64,000 nucleotides of DNA. Origin: Fibrobacterota bacterium (GTDB taxonomy: Bacteria; Fibrobacterota; Fibrobacteria; UBA11236; JADFYW01). Below, piece by piece: positions 47,945 to 58,200 of this stretch; the first letter of the stretch is position 1, and each line of letters starts with the position of its first letter. The translations under genes and the position numbers were made by a program. Location of the stretch: NCBI GenBank assembly GCA_042567505.1, contig JBHPJW010000005.1, positions 9,964-73,963 of the forward strand, read 5' to 3'. Below the pieces are notes generated by a model. It did no database searches. It was not told where the DNA came from and worked only from the letters and a program-made list of their open reading frames with translations.

Positions 47945-48571
47945 ATGTTTACTAAAAGCGAAAGAAAACTGGTCACCGGTCCGCTGTGGGAAAACAACCC
48001 AATCACCGTGCAGGTGCTGGGGATCTGTTCCGCGCTGGCGGTCACCACCCTGGTGAAACCGGCCCTGGTCATGTCAATCGCCCTGACCCTGGTGATAGTA
48101 TTTTCCAACCTGTCCGTATCCATACTGAGGAACTACATACCCAACAGGATCCGCATCATTGTGGAGCTTTCCATTATCGCCACCCTGGTGATCCTCATCG
48201 ACCAGTTCCTCAAGGCCTATATGTATGAACAGAGCAAGATCCTGAGCGTGTTCGTGGGACTGATCATAACCAACTGCATAGTGATGGGGCGCGCCGAGTC
48301 ATTTGCCATGGGAAACAATCCCTGGAGGGCGGTGCTGGACGGGGTGGGAAACGGCCTGGGTTACGGCGCCATACTGATAGGCGTGGCAATCTTCCGGGAG
48401 GTGCTGGGCAAGGGGACCCTGTTCGGATATAAAGTGGTACCCCAATTTCTCTATAATCTGGGGTATGAGGACAATATTATGATGGTGCTTTCTCCCGCGG
48501 CGTTTTTTCTGATAGGGCTTTTCATCTGGCTGCAGCGCAGCATTTCCGGCAAATTGGTGGAAAAGGAGTAA
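47945..48571 (+). CDS. nqrD: Na+-NQR subunit D
   Basis: QVLGICSALAVT and SVFVGLIITNCIVMGR. Confidence 0.96.
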   Translation: MFTKSERKLVTGPLWENNPITVQVLGICSALAVTTLVKPALVMSIALTLVIVFSNLSVSILRNYIPNRIRIIVELSIIATLVILIDQFLKAYMYEQSKILSVFVGLIITNCIVMGRAESFAMGNNPWRAVLDGVGNGLGYGAILIGVAIFREVLGKGTLFGYKVVPQFLYNLGYEDNIMMVLSPAAFFLIGLFIWLQRSISGKLVEKE

Positions 48572-48574
48572 GCG

Positions 48575-49183
48575 GTGGAACACTACCTTAGCATTGCCGT
48601 CAAGTCGATATTTGTGGAGAACATCCTGCTTTCGCTCTTCCTGGGAATGTGCTCCTTCCTGGCGGTATCCAAGAGGGTGAAGACTGCCACGGGACTGGGC
48701 ATGGCCGTCATCTTTGTGCTGGCCTGCACGGCCCCCATCAACTGGCTCATCAACCGTTTCTTCCTGGCCGACGGCGCCCTGGCCTGGGCCGGCAAGGGGG
48801 ACATTGATCTCTCCTTCCTCCAGTTTATCACCTTCATAGCCGTGATTGCGGCCTTTGTCCAGTTAGTTGAAATGATCCTGGACAAATTCAGCCAGCCACT
48901 ATATAACGCGTTGGGAATATACCTGCCCCTGATAGCGGTCAACTGTTCCATCCTGGGAGTGTCCCTGTTCATGGTTAAACGGGACTATAGCCTGCCCGAG
49001 TCAGTGGCCTTCTCGCTGGGGTCCGGCATAGGCTGGGCCCTGGCTATTATGGGATTGGCTGCCATCCGGCAGAAAATGGTTTATTCCAACGTGCCGGAAG
49101 GACTGCGCGGCCTGGGCATTACTTTTATTATAACGGGTTTAATGGCCATGGGATTCATGTGTTTTGCGGGGATCAGTTTGTGA
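48575..49183 (+). CDS. nqrE: Na+-NQR subunit E
   Basis: [12 protein letters not shown] and LPLIAVNC. Confidence 0.96.
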   Translation: MEHYLSIAVKSIFVENILLSLFLGMCSFLAVSKRVKTATGLGMAVIFVLACTAPINWLINRFFLADGALAWAGKGDIDLSFLQFITFIAVIAAFVQLVEMILDKFSQPLYNALGIYLPLIAVNCSILGVSLFMVKRDYSLPESVAFSLGSGIGWALAIMGLAAIRQKMVYSNVPEGLRGLGITFIITGLMAMGFMCFAGISL

Positions 49184-49189
49184 GGTAGC

Positions 49190-50413
49190 ATGGAAATCGG
49201 GTTTATCGTCATAAGCGTCAGCGTGTTCACCGGCAACATCCTGCTGCTGGTGTTTTTCCTCAGCATGGCTGAAAAAAAATTGGTCAAGCAGGAGGCCTGT
49301 AAGATTGTGGTGAACAATGATGAGGACCATCCGTTCCAGGTGCCTGCCGGGGGCACCCTGCTCAGTTCCCTCACCGACCAGAAGGTGCTGCTTCCCGCGG
49401 CCTGCGGCGGCAACGGCATATGCTCATTGTGCCGCTGCCAGGTGACCGAAAACAACCAGGGCATATTAGACACCGAGAAGGGTATTATCAGCCATAAGGA
49501 CGCCCGGGAGGGCTGGCGCCTGGCCTGCCAGGTGAAGGTGAGGGACGACCTGAAAATCCAGGTCCCGGAAAGCGTTTTCAACATCCGGAAATACAACTGC
49601 ACAGTAAGGTCCAATGCAAACGTTGCGACCTTTATCAAGGAACTGGTGCTTGATCTCGATCCTGGACAGCAACTTGATTTTCGGGCGGGCAGTTACATCC
49701 AGATAGATATTCCCGAATACAGCCTGAACTTCAGGGATTTTGACATTGAGGATAAATACCGTTCCGACTGGGACAAACTCAATCTTTGGGAATTAAAGGC
49801 CGAAAATCATGAACCGATATTCAGAGCCTATTCAATGGCCAACCATCCGGCCGAGGGAAGCATCATCATGCTTAACGTGCGCATCGCCACACCGCCCATC
49901 CAGGAAGACTTCCTTCCCGGCATTGCCTCGTCTTATGTGTTCAAGCTGAAGCCCGGAGATAAAGCGGTGATCTCCGGCCCCTACGGTGATTTCCTGGCCA
50001 GGGACACGGACCGGGAGATGGTATACATCGGGGGCGGGGCTGGTATGGCCCCCATGCGCTCCCACCTTTTTGACCTGTTTAAAACCAAAAGGACAAAAAG
50101 AAAAGTGAGTTTCTGGTACGGCGCCAGGTCGGAGAAGGAGAACTTCTACCAGGAGGACTTTTTCGGGCTGGACAAAGATTTTGAAAACTTCAGGTATACC
50201 GTGGCCTTGTCAGATCCCCTGCCTGAAGATAAGTGGTCCGGGCCGGTGGGATTCATCCACCAGGTGCTGTACGACGAGTACCTTAAGGACCATCCCGAAC
50301 CCGAGGAACTGGAATATTACGTATGTGGCCCGCCCATGATGGTGGACGCCATTATCAATATGCTTCACGGCCTGGGAGTTGAGGATGATATGATAATGTT
50401 TGATATGTTTTAA
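49190..50413 (+). CDS. nqrF: Na+-NQR subunit F
   Basis: CGG.G.C..C, RLACQ, RAYSMAN.P, GGGAGMAPMRSH and CGPP. Confidence 0.96.
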   Translation: MEIGFIVISVSVFTGNILLLVFFLSMAEKKLVKQEACKIVVNNDEDHPFQVPAGGTLLSSLTDQKVLLPAACGGNGICSLCRCQVTENNQGILDTEKGIISHKDAREGWRLACQVKVRDDLKIQVPESVFNIRKYNCTVRSNANVATFIKELVLDLDPGQQLDFRAGSYIQIDIPEYSLNFRDFDIEDKYRSDWDKLNLWELKAENHEPIFRAYSMANHPAEGSIIMLNVRIATPPIQEDFLPGIASSYVFKLKPGDKAVISGPYGDFLARDTDREMVYIGGGAGMAPMRSHLFDLFKTKRTKRKVSFWYGARSEKENFYQEDFFGLDKDFENFRYTVALSDPLPEDKWSGPVGFIHQVLYDEYLKDHPEPEELEYYVCGPPMMVDAIINMLHGLGVEDDMIMFDMF

Positions 50414-50609
50414 TACCATCCGAACTTAAACGAAGGTGCTTGCCAGACTGACGTCTCATATACCTACCGGTTCTCGGAGTGGTTTTCGTACCACCTGATG
50501 GCACCAGAAGAACCAGAGAGCACGTACATGTCGTCGCCGCAGCTTTTTTTTTATAAAATTTCAGAGGAGTTGTATAAAAAACTTTAAAAATTGCCTATTT
50601 ACATCAGAT

Positions 50610-50670
50610 TTCGGCAAACAGTTCCTAATAGTTCCGAATTATTTTATTCGGAACTACCAAGTCTGCCGAA
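50610..50670. repeat. Extended inverted repeat with an 11-6-11 perfect core
   Basis: TTCGGCAAAC..TAGTTCCGAAT-tatttt-ATTCGGAACTA..GTCTGCCGAA. Confidence 0.6.
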
Positions 50671-50773
50671 TACTTTATTTTAATGGGGAAAAACAATTCA
50701 TAGGATAAAAAACCTGTTATGTTACTAAGGCCATTTTTCAGCTCTACAAAAGTAAAGGAGGCTCTCATAGCTT

Positions 50774-52072
50774 TCACCACAACCTGCTGTACAAGGGCAG
50801 AAATTTCAGTCTTTGTTCCTTGAGCAGTTCTATATTCCGGGTTGAAAGGACAACTCCAAAGGGCGAATCCTTGAACTGTATCAGAGCCTGGTGCATGCTG
50901 CGAAGTCTACCCGCCTTATCGCTTTTTACTTCAATCGGAACAACCGGGTTGCGCTCAATAAGGAAATCGATTTCCGCTTCCCCGCCTTGTTCCCGCCTGG
51001 TCCAGTAATATAATTCCGGCGGGGTCGATGTATATCCTGCAATTAACTCCTGGCCTACAAACTGTTCCGCCAGAGCCCCCTCAAATGTAGCCATCAAATC
51101 CGCTTCTAGTATGGATTCCTCAAAGCTTACACCGCATGCAGTCTGCATGAGTCCTATATCCAGGAAGGCGAGTTTGAGAAGTTTTCGGTTGGACGATACC
51201 TTGAATGGATGCTCGCCATTGGAGGCGTATACCGGATGTACCAGCAGAATTTTATAAAATTTTTCAACAACAGCTTTTACCCTTTCACTGCGCTCTCCCT
51301 TTACCAACCTTGCATACTTTGTCTGTCTGCCCACATTCCTGGCACAATTAAAAAAAACCTGGGAAATTAGCTCCTTATCAGTTCGGGGGTAATGCTTTGC
51401 AATATCCTCAATGTATGAGAATATGATTGAGCGATGTATTTCCGCGACCCTTGTGAATGAAGGATCGTCTATATATGTCTGGACTGCTTCCGGCATGCCG
51501 CCGATGATGTAATACTCTTTGAGACTATCCAGCAGTTTTTCATGAATAAGGTCCGGGACTGGTTCTGTTGAATCCAGGTCAGGGATAGACGGTGTCAAAG
51601 GGCCTGTCTTTTTCGCATGTAAAAACTCCATGAACGTAATTGGATACATCCAGTAGAAATCAACTCTTCCTACCGGAAATGAAAAATTTGAGAAGTTGAA
51701 TTCCAGCAGTGAGCCGGCCGCTATTACGCATATTTCCGGGAATTTCTCATAATAATAACGGAGCGCCTTGATTGCTTCCGGGCATTCCTGAATCTCATCA
51801 AAAAAAAGCAGGGTCGTTTCCGGGCTGAGAGGAACACCCCGCAGCGCGCAAATCTGGGCGGTAATTTTTTTTACATCCAGATCCTTTTCAAACAGTTTTT
51901 TATATGAAGGTGATTCTTCGAAATCAACTTTGATATAGTTTTTAAAAGACTTTCCAAACTGGTCCACCGAAAAGGTTTTTCCTACCTGCCTTGCACCGCG
52001 AATTATCAAGGGCTTTCTTATTTCCTTTGAAATCCATTGCTCCAGGAAAGTATCCACTGTCCGTTTAATCAT
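50774..52072 (-). CDS. AAA+ ATPase with DUF4143/PD-(D/E)XK C-terminus
   Basis: GARQVGKT, FFDEIQ, AGSLL, GGMPE and EIDF...PIEVKS. Confidence 0.92.
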   Translation of the reverse strand: MIKRTVDTFLEQWISKEIRKPLIIRGARQVGKTFSVDQFGKSFKNYIKVDFEESPSYKKLFEKDLDVKKITAQICALRGVPLSPETTLLFFDEIQECPEAIKALRYYYEKFPEICVIAAGSLLEFNFSNFSFPVGRVDFYWMYPITFMEFLHAKKTGPLTPSIPDLDSTEPVPDLIHEKLLDSLKEYYIIGGMPEAVQTYIDDPSFTRVAEIHRSIIFSYIEDIAKHYPRTDKELISQVFFNCARNVGRQTKYARLVKGERSERVKAVVEKFYKILLVHPVYASNGEHPFKVSSNRKLLKLAFLDIGLMQTACGVSFEESILEADLMATFEGALAEQFVGQELIAGYTSTPPELYYWTRREQGGEAEIDFLIERNPVVPIEVKSDKAGRLRSMHQALIQFKDSPFGVVLSTRNIELLKEQRLKFLPLYSRLW

Positions 52073-52488
52073 ATTATACCCTTTAGGTTTATATTTTTAC
52101 TATAATATTACCCCCTTAAAAATACAAGATGATTGTGCATTTTACCCCTTTAATTATACAATTTAATTAGAAGCCGAAAAATAATTCTGAAATTAATTTC
52201 CAGTGAATATTGCCACTATGGCGTAACAAACCGCGTAATTTGTCTTAAAATTCAACATATTCACCATATGGAGACGGTTCATAATCCCGCAAAACGGGAT
52301 CGAAGGGTCACTGATTCCATGGATGAACAAAGCTAATTCATCCCTGAAAAGCGGTGCAAGGCAAGTAGCCAAAACAACGAAGTAATCGGCACATTTGGCT
52401 AGATATAAATGGTAGCAATGAATACGGTAATTGGAAGAAACCGGATTAAAAGTATAAGATTACCTTGAAATTATGCATTTAAGTATAG

Positions 52489-52803
52489 TTGTTTCAAGGT
52501 AAAACCAGTTGTGAAACAAAACAATGCCGCCTTCTTTCACCCGCCCCAGCCATGTATCATTGGCATACACATGCCGGAGCCGAAGTTGATTTGCTGCTTA
52601 ATTACGATGGCGTGTTTTATCCAGTTGAGGTAAAATCCAGTTCCCATCCGACTAAACATGATGCCAGGGGGCTAAGAGCTTTCCGGGAGACATATCCTGA
52701 TCTGTCTGTGGGACCGGGATTTATTGCGTCCTCCGTTGAAAGAGCTTACCAATTGACGGAAAATGACTACGTGGTACCCTGGAATAGTTCCGGGGAAGTT
52801 TAG
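52489..52803 (+). pseudogene. C-terminal fragment of a second AAA-DUF4143 protein
   Basis: YHW.T..GAEVDLL...PVEVK, with no ATPase domain upstream. Confidence 0.7.
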
Positions 52804-52970
52804 ATTCCATACACCGGAAAACATCTTTATATACATTTGCCGATATGGTCACACAACAATATTTACTGGCGGAATTGGATGTGCAATAACGCCACGCGGC
52901 ACATTATCAATGTATGTTTAGATTTGTTTCCTCATCATGCTCTACCGTGACTGCTAACAACCAGATCATT

Positions 52971-53045
52971 ATGGTTGACGCAGTTATTACTATGCTCCAC
53001 GGCCTGGGAGTAGAGGATGATATGATAATGTTTGATATATTTTAG
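52971..53045 (+). repeat. Diverged duplicate of the nqrF 3' end (50339-50413)
   Basis: 66/75 nt identical; encodes MVDAVITMLHGLGVEDDMIMFDIF* versus MVDAIINMLHGLGVEDDMIMFDMF*. Confidence 0.9.
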
Positions 53046-53168
53046 AGAAAACGCAGTGGAAATTATTCAAAGTAAATGATTACTCGGTAGTGAAAAGAAA
53101 CAAATCCCCGATGTCTGCACGAGAATCCTAGAATTTTGTTATTATGGATGTAAACGGAGTATGAAAGA

Positions 53169-53759
53169 ATGGTAAAAACTACATCTTTGGCTTTATTGAT
53201 GTTACTGAACCTGGCCCTGACTGCTGCCCATGGAAGCCGGGAAACCTTGCCGGATAATCCGACAAGGGCAGAAGGAGCCTCTGCCGCTGTTGATTCGGCC
53301 AAAGCAATCGCCCGAATAGTTCCGGAAACATCCTTCGATTCCCTTTAGTGGCTCTACCTGAAAACTCATGGGTTCCTCTTTGAAGAGAACATGGTGCAGG
53401 CAAGAGCGGTCTCAAGGGCAATGGCAAAGTATCTATCGTCCCTGTCAGATCAGGAGCTCCACGGCGTTTCCAGGAAGAAAATGGCAAAGAGTTTGAAGAA
53501 AATGGCCGGGGCTAAAAAGCTAAGAAGGTTCAGGAAAGAGTATAACAACATCAGTCTCATGTTGATAGACATCATGAAGGAGAAGAAAGATATCGGACCA
53601 TTCAACCCGATAATCTTTCACTGCCCAGTAGGCGAAATCCGCAAAGGCTCCTATTGGCTGCAAGAACACGATGAACTTCAAAATCCATACCATAAGGGTC
53701 ATGGCCATGGTATGCACAGCTGCGGTAGGATGGTGGGATATGTCAAGGGCAATAAATGA
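53169..53759 (+). pseudogene. DUF3347-like secreted metal-binding protein interrupted by an in-frame TAG
   Basis: ATG 53169 gives a signal peptide; TAG at 53346-53348; the same frame continues to FHCP...YWLQ....QNPY...MHSCG. Confidence 0.7.
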
Positions 53760-53802
53760 TTTTCCCAAGGACCGCTTGATTTGAAAGACTAGACCTTGAA
53801 GG

Positions 53803-55236
53803 CTAGCCGCGCTGTAAATACTGGTTAATGCTTTTAGCGGCTTCCCGGCCGTGCCAGATTGCCCTCACTACCAGTGATGCGCCTGTGGCGGCATCCCCTG
53901 CTGCGAACACACCAGGAACGGCAGTAGCGTAATGGTCATCCGTGGAAATGTTCCCGTGTTCGTCATAGGTGATTCCGAACCCCTCGAGCAGTGGGTGGCG
54001 CTCCACATGTACAAACCCCAGGGCAAGCAGAACCAGGTCGATTTCCAAAGAAAAGTGAGTTTCCGGTTTTTCCTTCATGATGTAATTTTCCGCAGCAGGA
54101 TCTTTTAGCCAGTCAACCTCAATGAACTCACCTTTTCGCAATTTACCGTTTTCACCGGAGAATTCTTTGGTTAGCACGCTCCAGCGTCTCTCACACCCTT
54201 CCTGGTGAGATGACGAAGCGCGCAGGACAGACGGCCAGTCCGGCCATTCCGGGTTCCAGTCCTGGTTCCATTCTCTTGGCTTGGGCATGATTTCGAATTG
54301 ATACACTTTTTTCGCTCCCTGGCGAATTGCCGTACCCACACAGTCCGACCCGGTATCTCCTCCGCCGAGAACAAGCACGTTTTTGCCTTTTGCGGAAATG
54401 ATTTCACCTCGTTCAAGGCTGCCGGAAACATATTGGTTCGAAAGAGTAAGATAGTCCATAGCGAGATGTATACCATCCAAATCTCTTCCCGGGACCTCCA
54501 ATTCCCTGGCCCGCCCCGCTCCCATGGTGAGAAGCACGGCGTTGAATTCCCTTGTAAGGCTGCTCAAGGGATAATCTTTATCCAATACCGTGTTTGTTTC
54601 AAACCTAATTCCCTCGGCTATCAGCTGAGCCAGTCTCCTGTCCAGGATGTGTTTTTCCAGCTTAAAATCAGGTATGCCATATCTAAGCAAGCCGCCAATC
54701 TCACGGGCCTTTTCCATAACGGTCACCTGGTGGCCGGCTCTCCTCAACTGTTGGGCCGCGGCCAGTCCACAAGGCCCCGAACCGATGATCGCCACGTTTT
54801 TTCCGGTTTCAAAGGCGGGAGGCCTGGGCTTAACCCAGCCCTTTGAAAAGGCATGTTCTATGATGGCCAGTTCAAGTTGTTTTATGGTGACCGGGCTGGA
54901 ATTAATGGAAAGCGTGCAGGCTGATTCACAGGGCGCCGGACATAACCTTCCGGTTATCTCAGGAAAATTATTGGTTTTTTCCAGGCGCTTATAGGCGCCA
55001 AACCATCGCTTGTGGTATACGAAATCATTCCATTCAGGGATAAGATTATAGACTGGACATCCATAGGAGGAATGACAAAATGGTACTCCGCAATCCATGC
55101 ATCTTCCGGCCTGTTCCCGCATCTTTTCCCATGATCGTGTTCTGGTAAACTCCCGGTAATCCCTGATTCTCTCTTCCACGGGCCGGTAATGGAAATTTTC
55201 CCGGGCATGTTCCAGGAAACCGGTTATTTTGCCCAT
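53803..55236 (-). CDS. gltD: Glutamate synthase small subunit
   Basis: MGK.TGF, RCMDCGVPFCH, GRLCPAPCE and GGGDTGSDC. Confidence 0.96.
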   Translation of the reverse strand: MGKITGFLEHARENFHYRPVEERIRDYREFTRTRSWEKMREQAGRCMDCGVPFCHSSYGCPVYNLIPEWNDFVYHKRWFGAYKRLEKTNNFPEITGRLCPAPCESACTLSINSSPVTIKQLELAIIEHAFSKGWVKPRPPAFETGKNVAIIGSGPCGLAAAQQLRRAGHQVTVMEKAREIGGLLRYGIPDFKLEKHILDRRLAQLIAEGIRFETNTVLDKDYPLSSLTREFNAVLLTMGAGRARELEVPGRDLDGIHLAMDYLTLSNQYVSGSLERGEIISAKGKNVLVLGGGDTGSDCVGTAIRQGAKKVYQFEIMPKPREWNQDWNPEWPDWPSVLRASSSHQEGCERRWSVLTKEFSGENGKLRKGEFIEVDWLKDPAAENYIMKEKPETHFSLEIDLVLLALGFVHVERHPLLEGFGITYDEHGNISTDDHYATAVPGVFAAGDAATGASLVVRAIWHGREAAKSINQYLQRG

Positions 55237-58200
55237 TATCTAAAAACCTCTTCGGTGATTGGAAGTGTTTCGGTTTCTTTACATTCCCCTTGCTTCATTC
55301 GCTCCAGGGCGTTGCGGTATTCAACGGGAATTACTTTTACGAACCGCATGCTCATTTCAGTCCAATCCCGTAAAATGCTTCCCGCGTATTCGCTTTTGGT
55401 ATAGTACACATGCCTGTGTATGAGGGAAAAAAGCGTGTCAAAGTCTTCTTTCTCAGTAATCGGTTCAATGTCCACCATTTCTAGATTGCACTTGGTGTCA
55501 AACAGTTGGTCCTCATCCAGCACGTAGGCTATGCCGCCGCTCATTCCCGCCGCAAAGTTGAGGCCTGTTTTGCCCAGAACCGCCACAATACCGCCGGTCA
55601 TGTATTCACATCCGTGATCGCCTACCCCTTCCACCACAGCCGTCGCCCCGCTGTTCCGCACGGCAAAGCGCTCCCCGGCCACGCCATTGATATAGGCTTC
55701 TCCGGATATGGCCCCATACAGGTTTACATTGCCGGTAATAATGTTATTCTGGGGCCTGAAACGCGCCAGCCGGGGGGGATAAACCACCAGGCATCCACCG
55801 GATAGGCCTTTGCCCACATAATCATTGGCGTCTCCTTCCAGTTCGAGCATGATGCCCGGCGCCAGGAATGCCCCGAAACTCTGCCCGGCTGATCCCTTAA
55901 AGGAAAAATGTATGGTTTCCACAGGCAGGCCCCTGGAACCATAACGTTTAGACACCTCAGCGCTCAGCATGGCTCCCACTGTTCGATCATAATTGTGTAT
56001 AGGCAGATAGTGATGTATATGTTTTTTATCTTTCAGGGCATCGCCGGACATCTCTATCAGGTCTAGATCAAGGACACTGGATAGATCGAATCCACGGGAT
56101 GTTGTACAGCTGAGCGGTCCCCGGGTCAATTCTTCGGGAGGCCTTACTATTCTGGAAAGATCCAGCCCCCGGCTTTTCCAATGCTGGAGGGCATGTGTAG
56201 TTTCCAGCAAATCGGTCCTGCCTGTCAGTTCATCCAGGGTCCTGGCTCCGAGCTGCGCCATAATTTCCCGCACGTCCCTGGCAACGAACTTCAAAAAGTT
56301 TATAAGGTATTCGGGCTTACCTGCAAATTTTTTCCTCAATCCGGGATCCTGGGTCGCCACACCAACCGGGCAGGTGTTCAGGTGGCACTTGCGCATCATG
56401 ATACATCCCAGGGTAACAACGGAAATGGTTCCGAATCCGAATTCCTCAGCCCCGAGGAGGGCGCCTATGACCACGTCGCGCCCGGTCATCAGTTTTCCAT
56501 CGACCTGGATGCGGATTCGGTCTCTCAGTCCATTCAGGATGAGTGTCTGCTGGGTCTCGGCCAGGCCTATTTCCCAGGGTATTCCGGCATGTTTAATGGA
56601 AGATACCGGTGATGCGCCAGTCCCGCCATCGTGCCCGCTGATTAACACCATGTCTGCCCTGGCCTTTGCCACCCCGGCCGCCACGGTGCCTACTCCCGTT
56701 TCCGCCACCAGTTTTACCGAGATCCTGGCGCTGGGACTGGCATTTCTTAAATCGAAAATAAGCTGGGCCAGATCCTCTATGGAATAGATATCATGATGGG
56801 GCGGGGGAGAGATGAGCATAACTCCCGGCGTGGCGTTTCGCACTTTGGCTATTATCTCATCGACTTTGTATCCGGGGAGCTGTCCCCCTTCCCCGGGTTT
56901 GGCGCCCTGGGATATTTTAATTTGAAGCTCACTGGCATGCACCAGGTAATTACTGCTGACACCAAATCTGGCGGAAGCGACCTGCCTTGTCATGCTTTTG
57001 GCGGTTTCCCCGTCGGGAAGGGGATGATTGCGGTTTTCATCTTCTCCTCCCTCCCCGGAATTACTCGACAATCCCAAACGGTTCATGGCAATGGCCATGG
57101 TCCTATGGGTTTCTTCGCTGATGGAACCCAGGGACATGGCGGGGGTGACAAAGCGCTTCATGATGACGTCTTCCCCTTCAACTTCGTCGAGCGGAACAGG
57201 CCTGACGGTTTTAAACCTGAAAAGACCGCGCAGGGTGCATAAATTTCCCGAGGCATCGTTGACTTTTGCTGAGAACTCCCGGTATAATGAATAATCATTC
57301 ATCCTGGTGGCTTTCTGGATCAGCGCAATGGCTTCCGGATTCAGCAGATGCTTTTCCGAGTGGCTTCGGAAATGGATGTTTCCGCCGGAATCCAGAGAAT
57401 ATCTCTGCTCGCGTATTTTGGAAAACGCCTGACGGTGCCGGGCTAATGATTCTTCGGCGACGGTCTCAAGCGATATTCCCTCGATTCTGGAGGGCGTCCC
57501 CGGGAAGTAAGCATTTATCAATCCGGAGTCTAAACCCACAGCTTCGAATATCTGCGCGCCCCGGTAGCTCCTGATGGTGGAAATTCCCATTTTAGACATG
57601 ATTTTAAGGATGCCTTTTTTTATGGCAGTGATATAATTATTAATTCCTGTTTCAATGGAAAATTCATCGGAGACATCTCCGTGGCTCAACAGATCAGCGA
57701 TAGTTTCAAAGGCCAGATAGGGATTGATGGCGCTGGCGCCAAAACCGATCAGCATGGCAAAATGCATTACCTCCCTGGCCTCACCCGTCTCGATGATGAG
57801 ACCGCTTAGCTGCCTTTTCCCCGCCTTCACCAGGTGATGATGGACAGCGGAAACCGCCAGCACCGCCGGTATGGGTACCCGGTCTTCATCCGCGACCCTG
57901 TCACTCAAGACAATGAGTGAATAGCCCTCATCAACTCTCCTCTCCGTTTCGCTGCAGATGGAATTGAGTCCTTTTTCCATACCGTCAGGCCCATCTTCGG
58001 TCCGGAAGAAAATGGGGACCACGGCCGGCCGCAGGAGGCTGTCATCCAGGCCGCGGATTTTATCCATGTCATCGTTCGAGAGGATGGGATGAGGCAGCCT
58101 GAGCTGCCGGCAATGCAGGGATGTTTCCTCCATCAGGTTCCGTTCCCGGCCGATAAAACTCATAAGCGACATTACCAGGTGTTCACGATAAGGATCTATG

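Noticed and set aside
50339-53045. Diversity-generating retroelement template/variable repeat pair
   Set aside because: No reverse transcriptase; mismatches are mostly silent third positions and not adenine-specific.
53346-53348. Genome-wide TAG recoding
   Set aside because: TAG is the genuine stop of several conserved genes here (nqrA, nqrB, tal, gltD).
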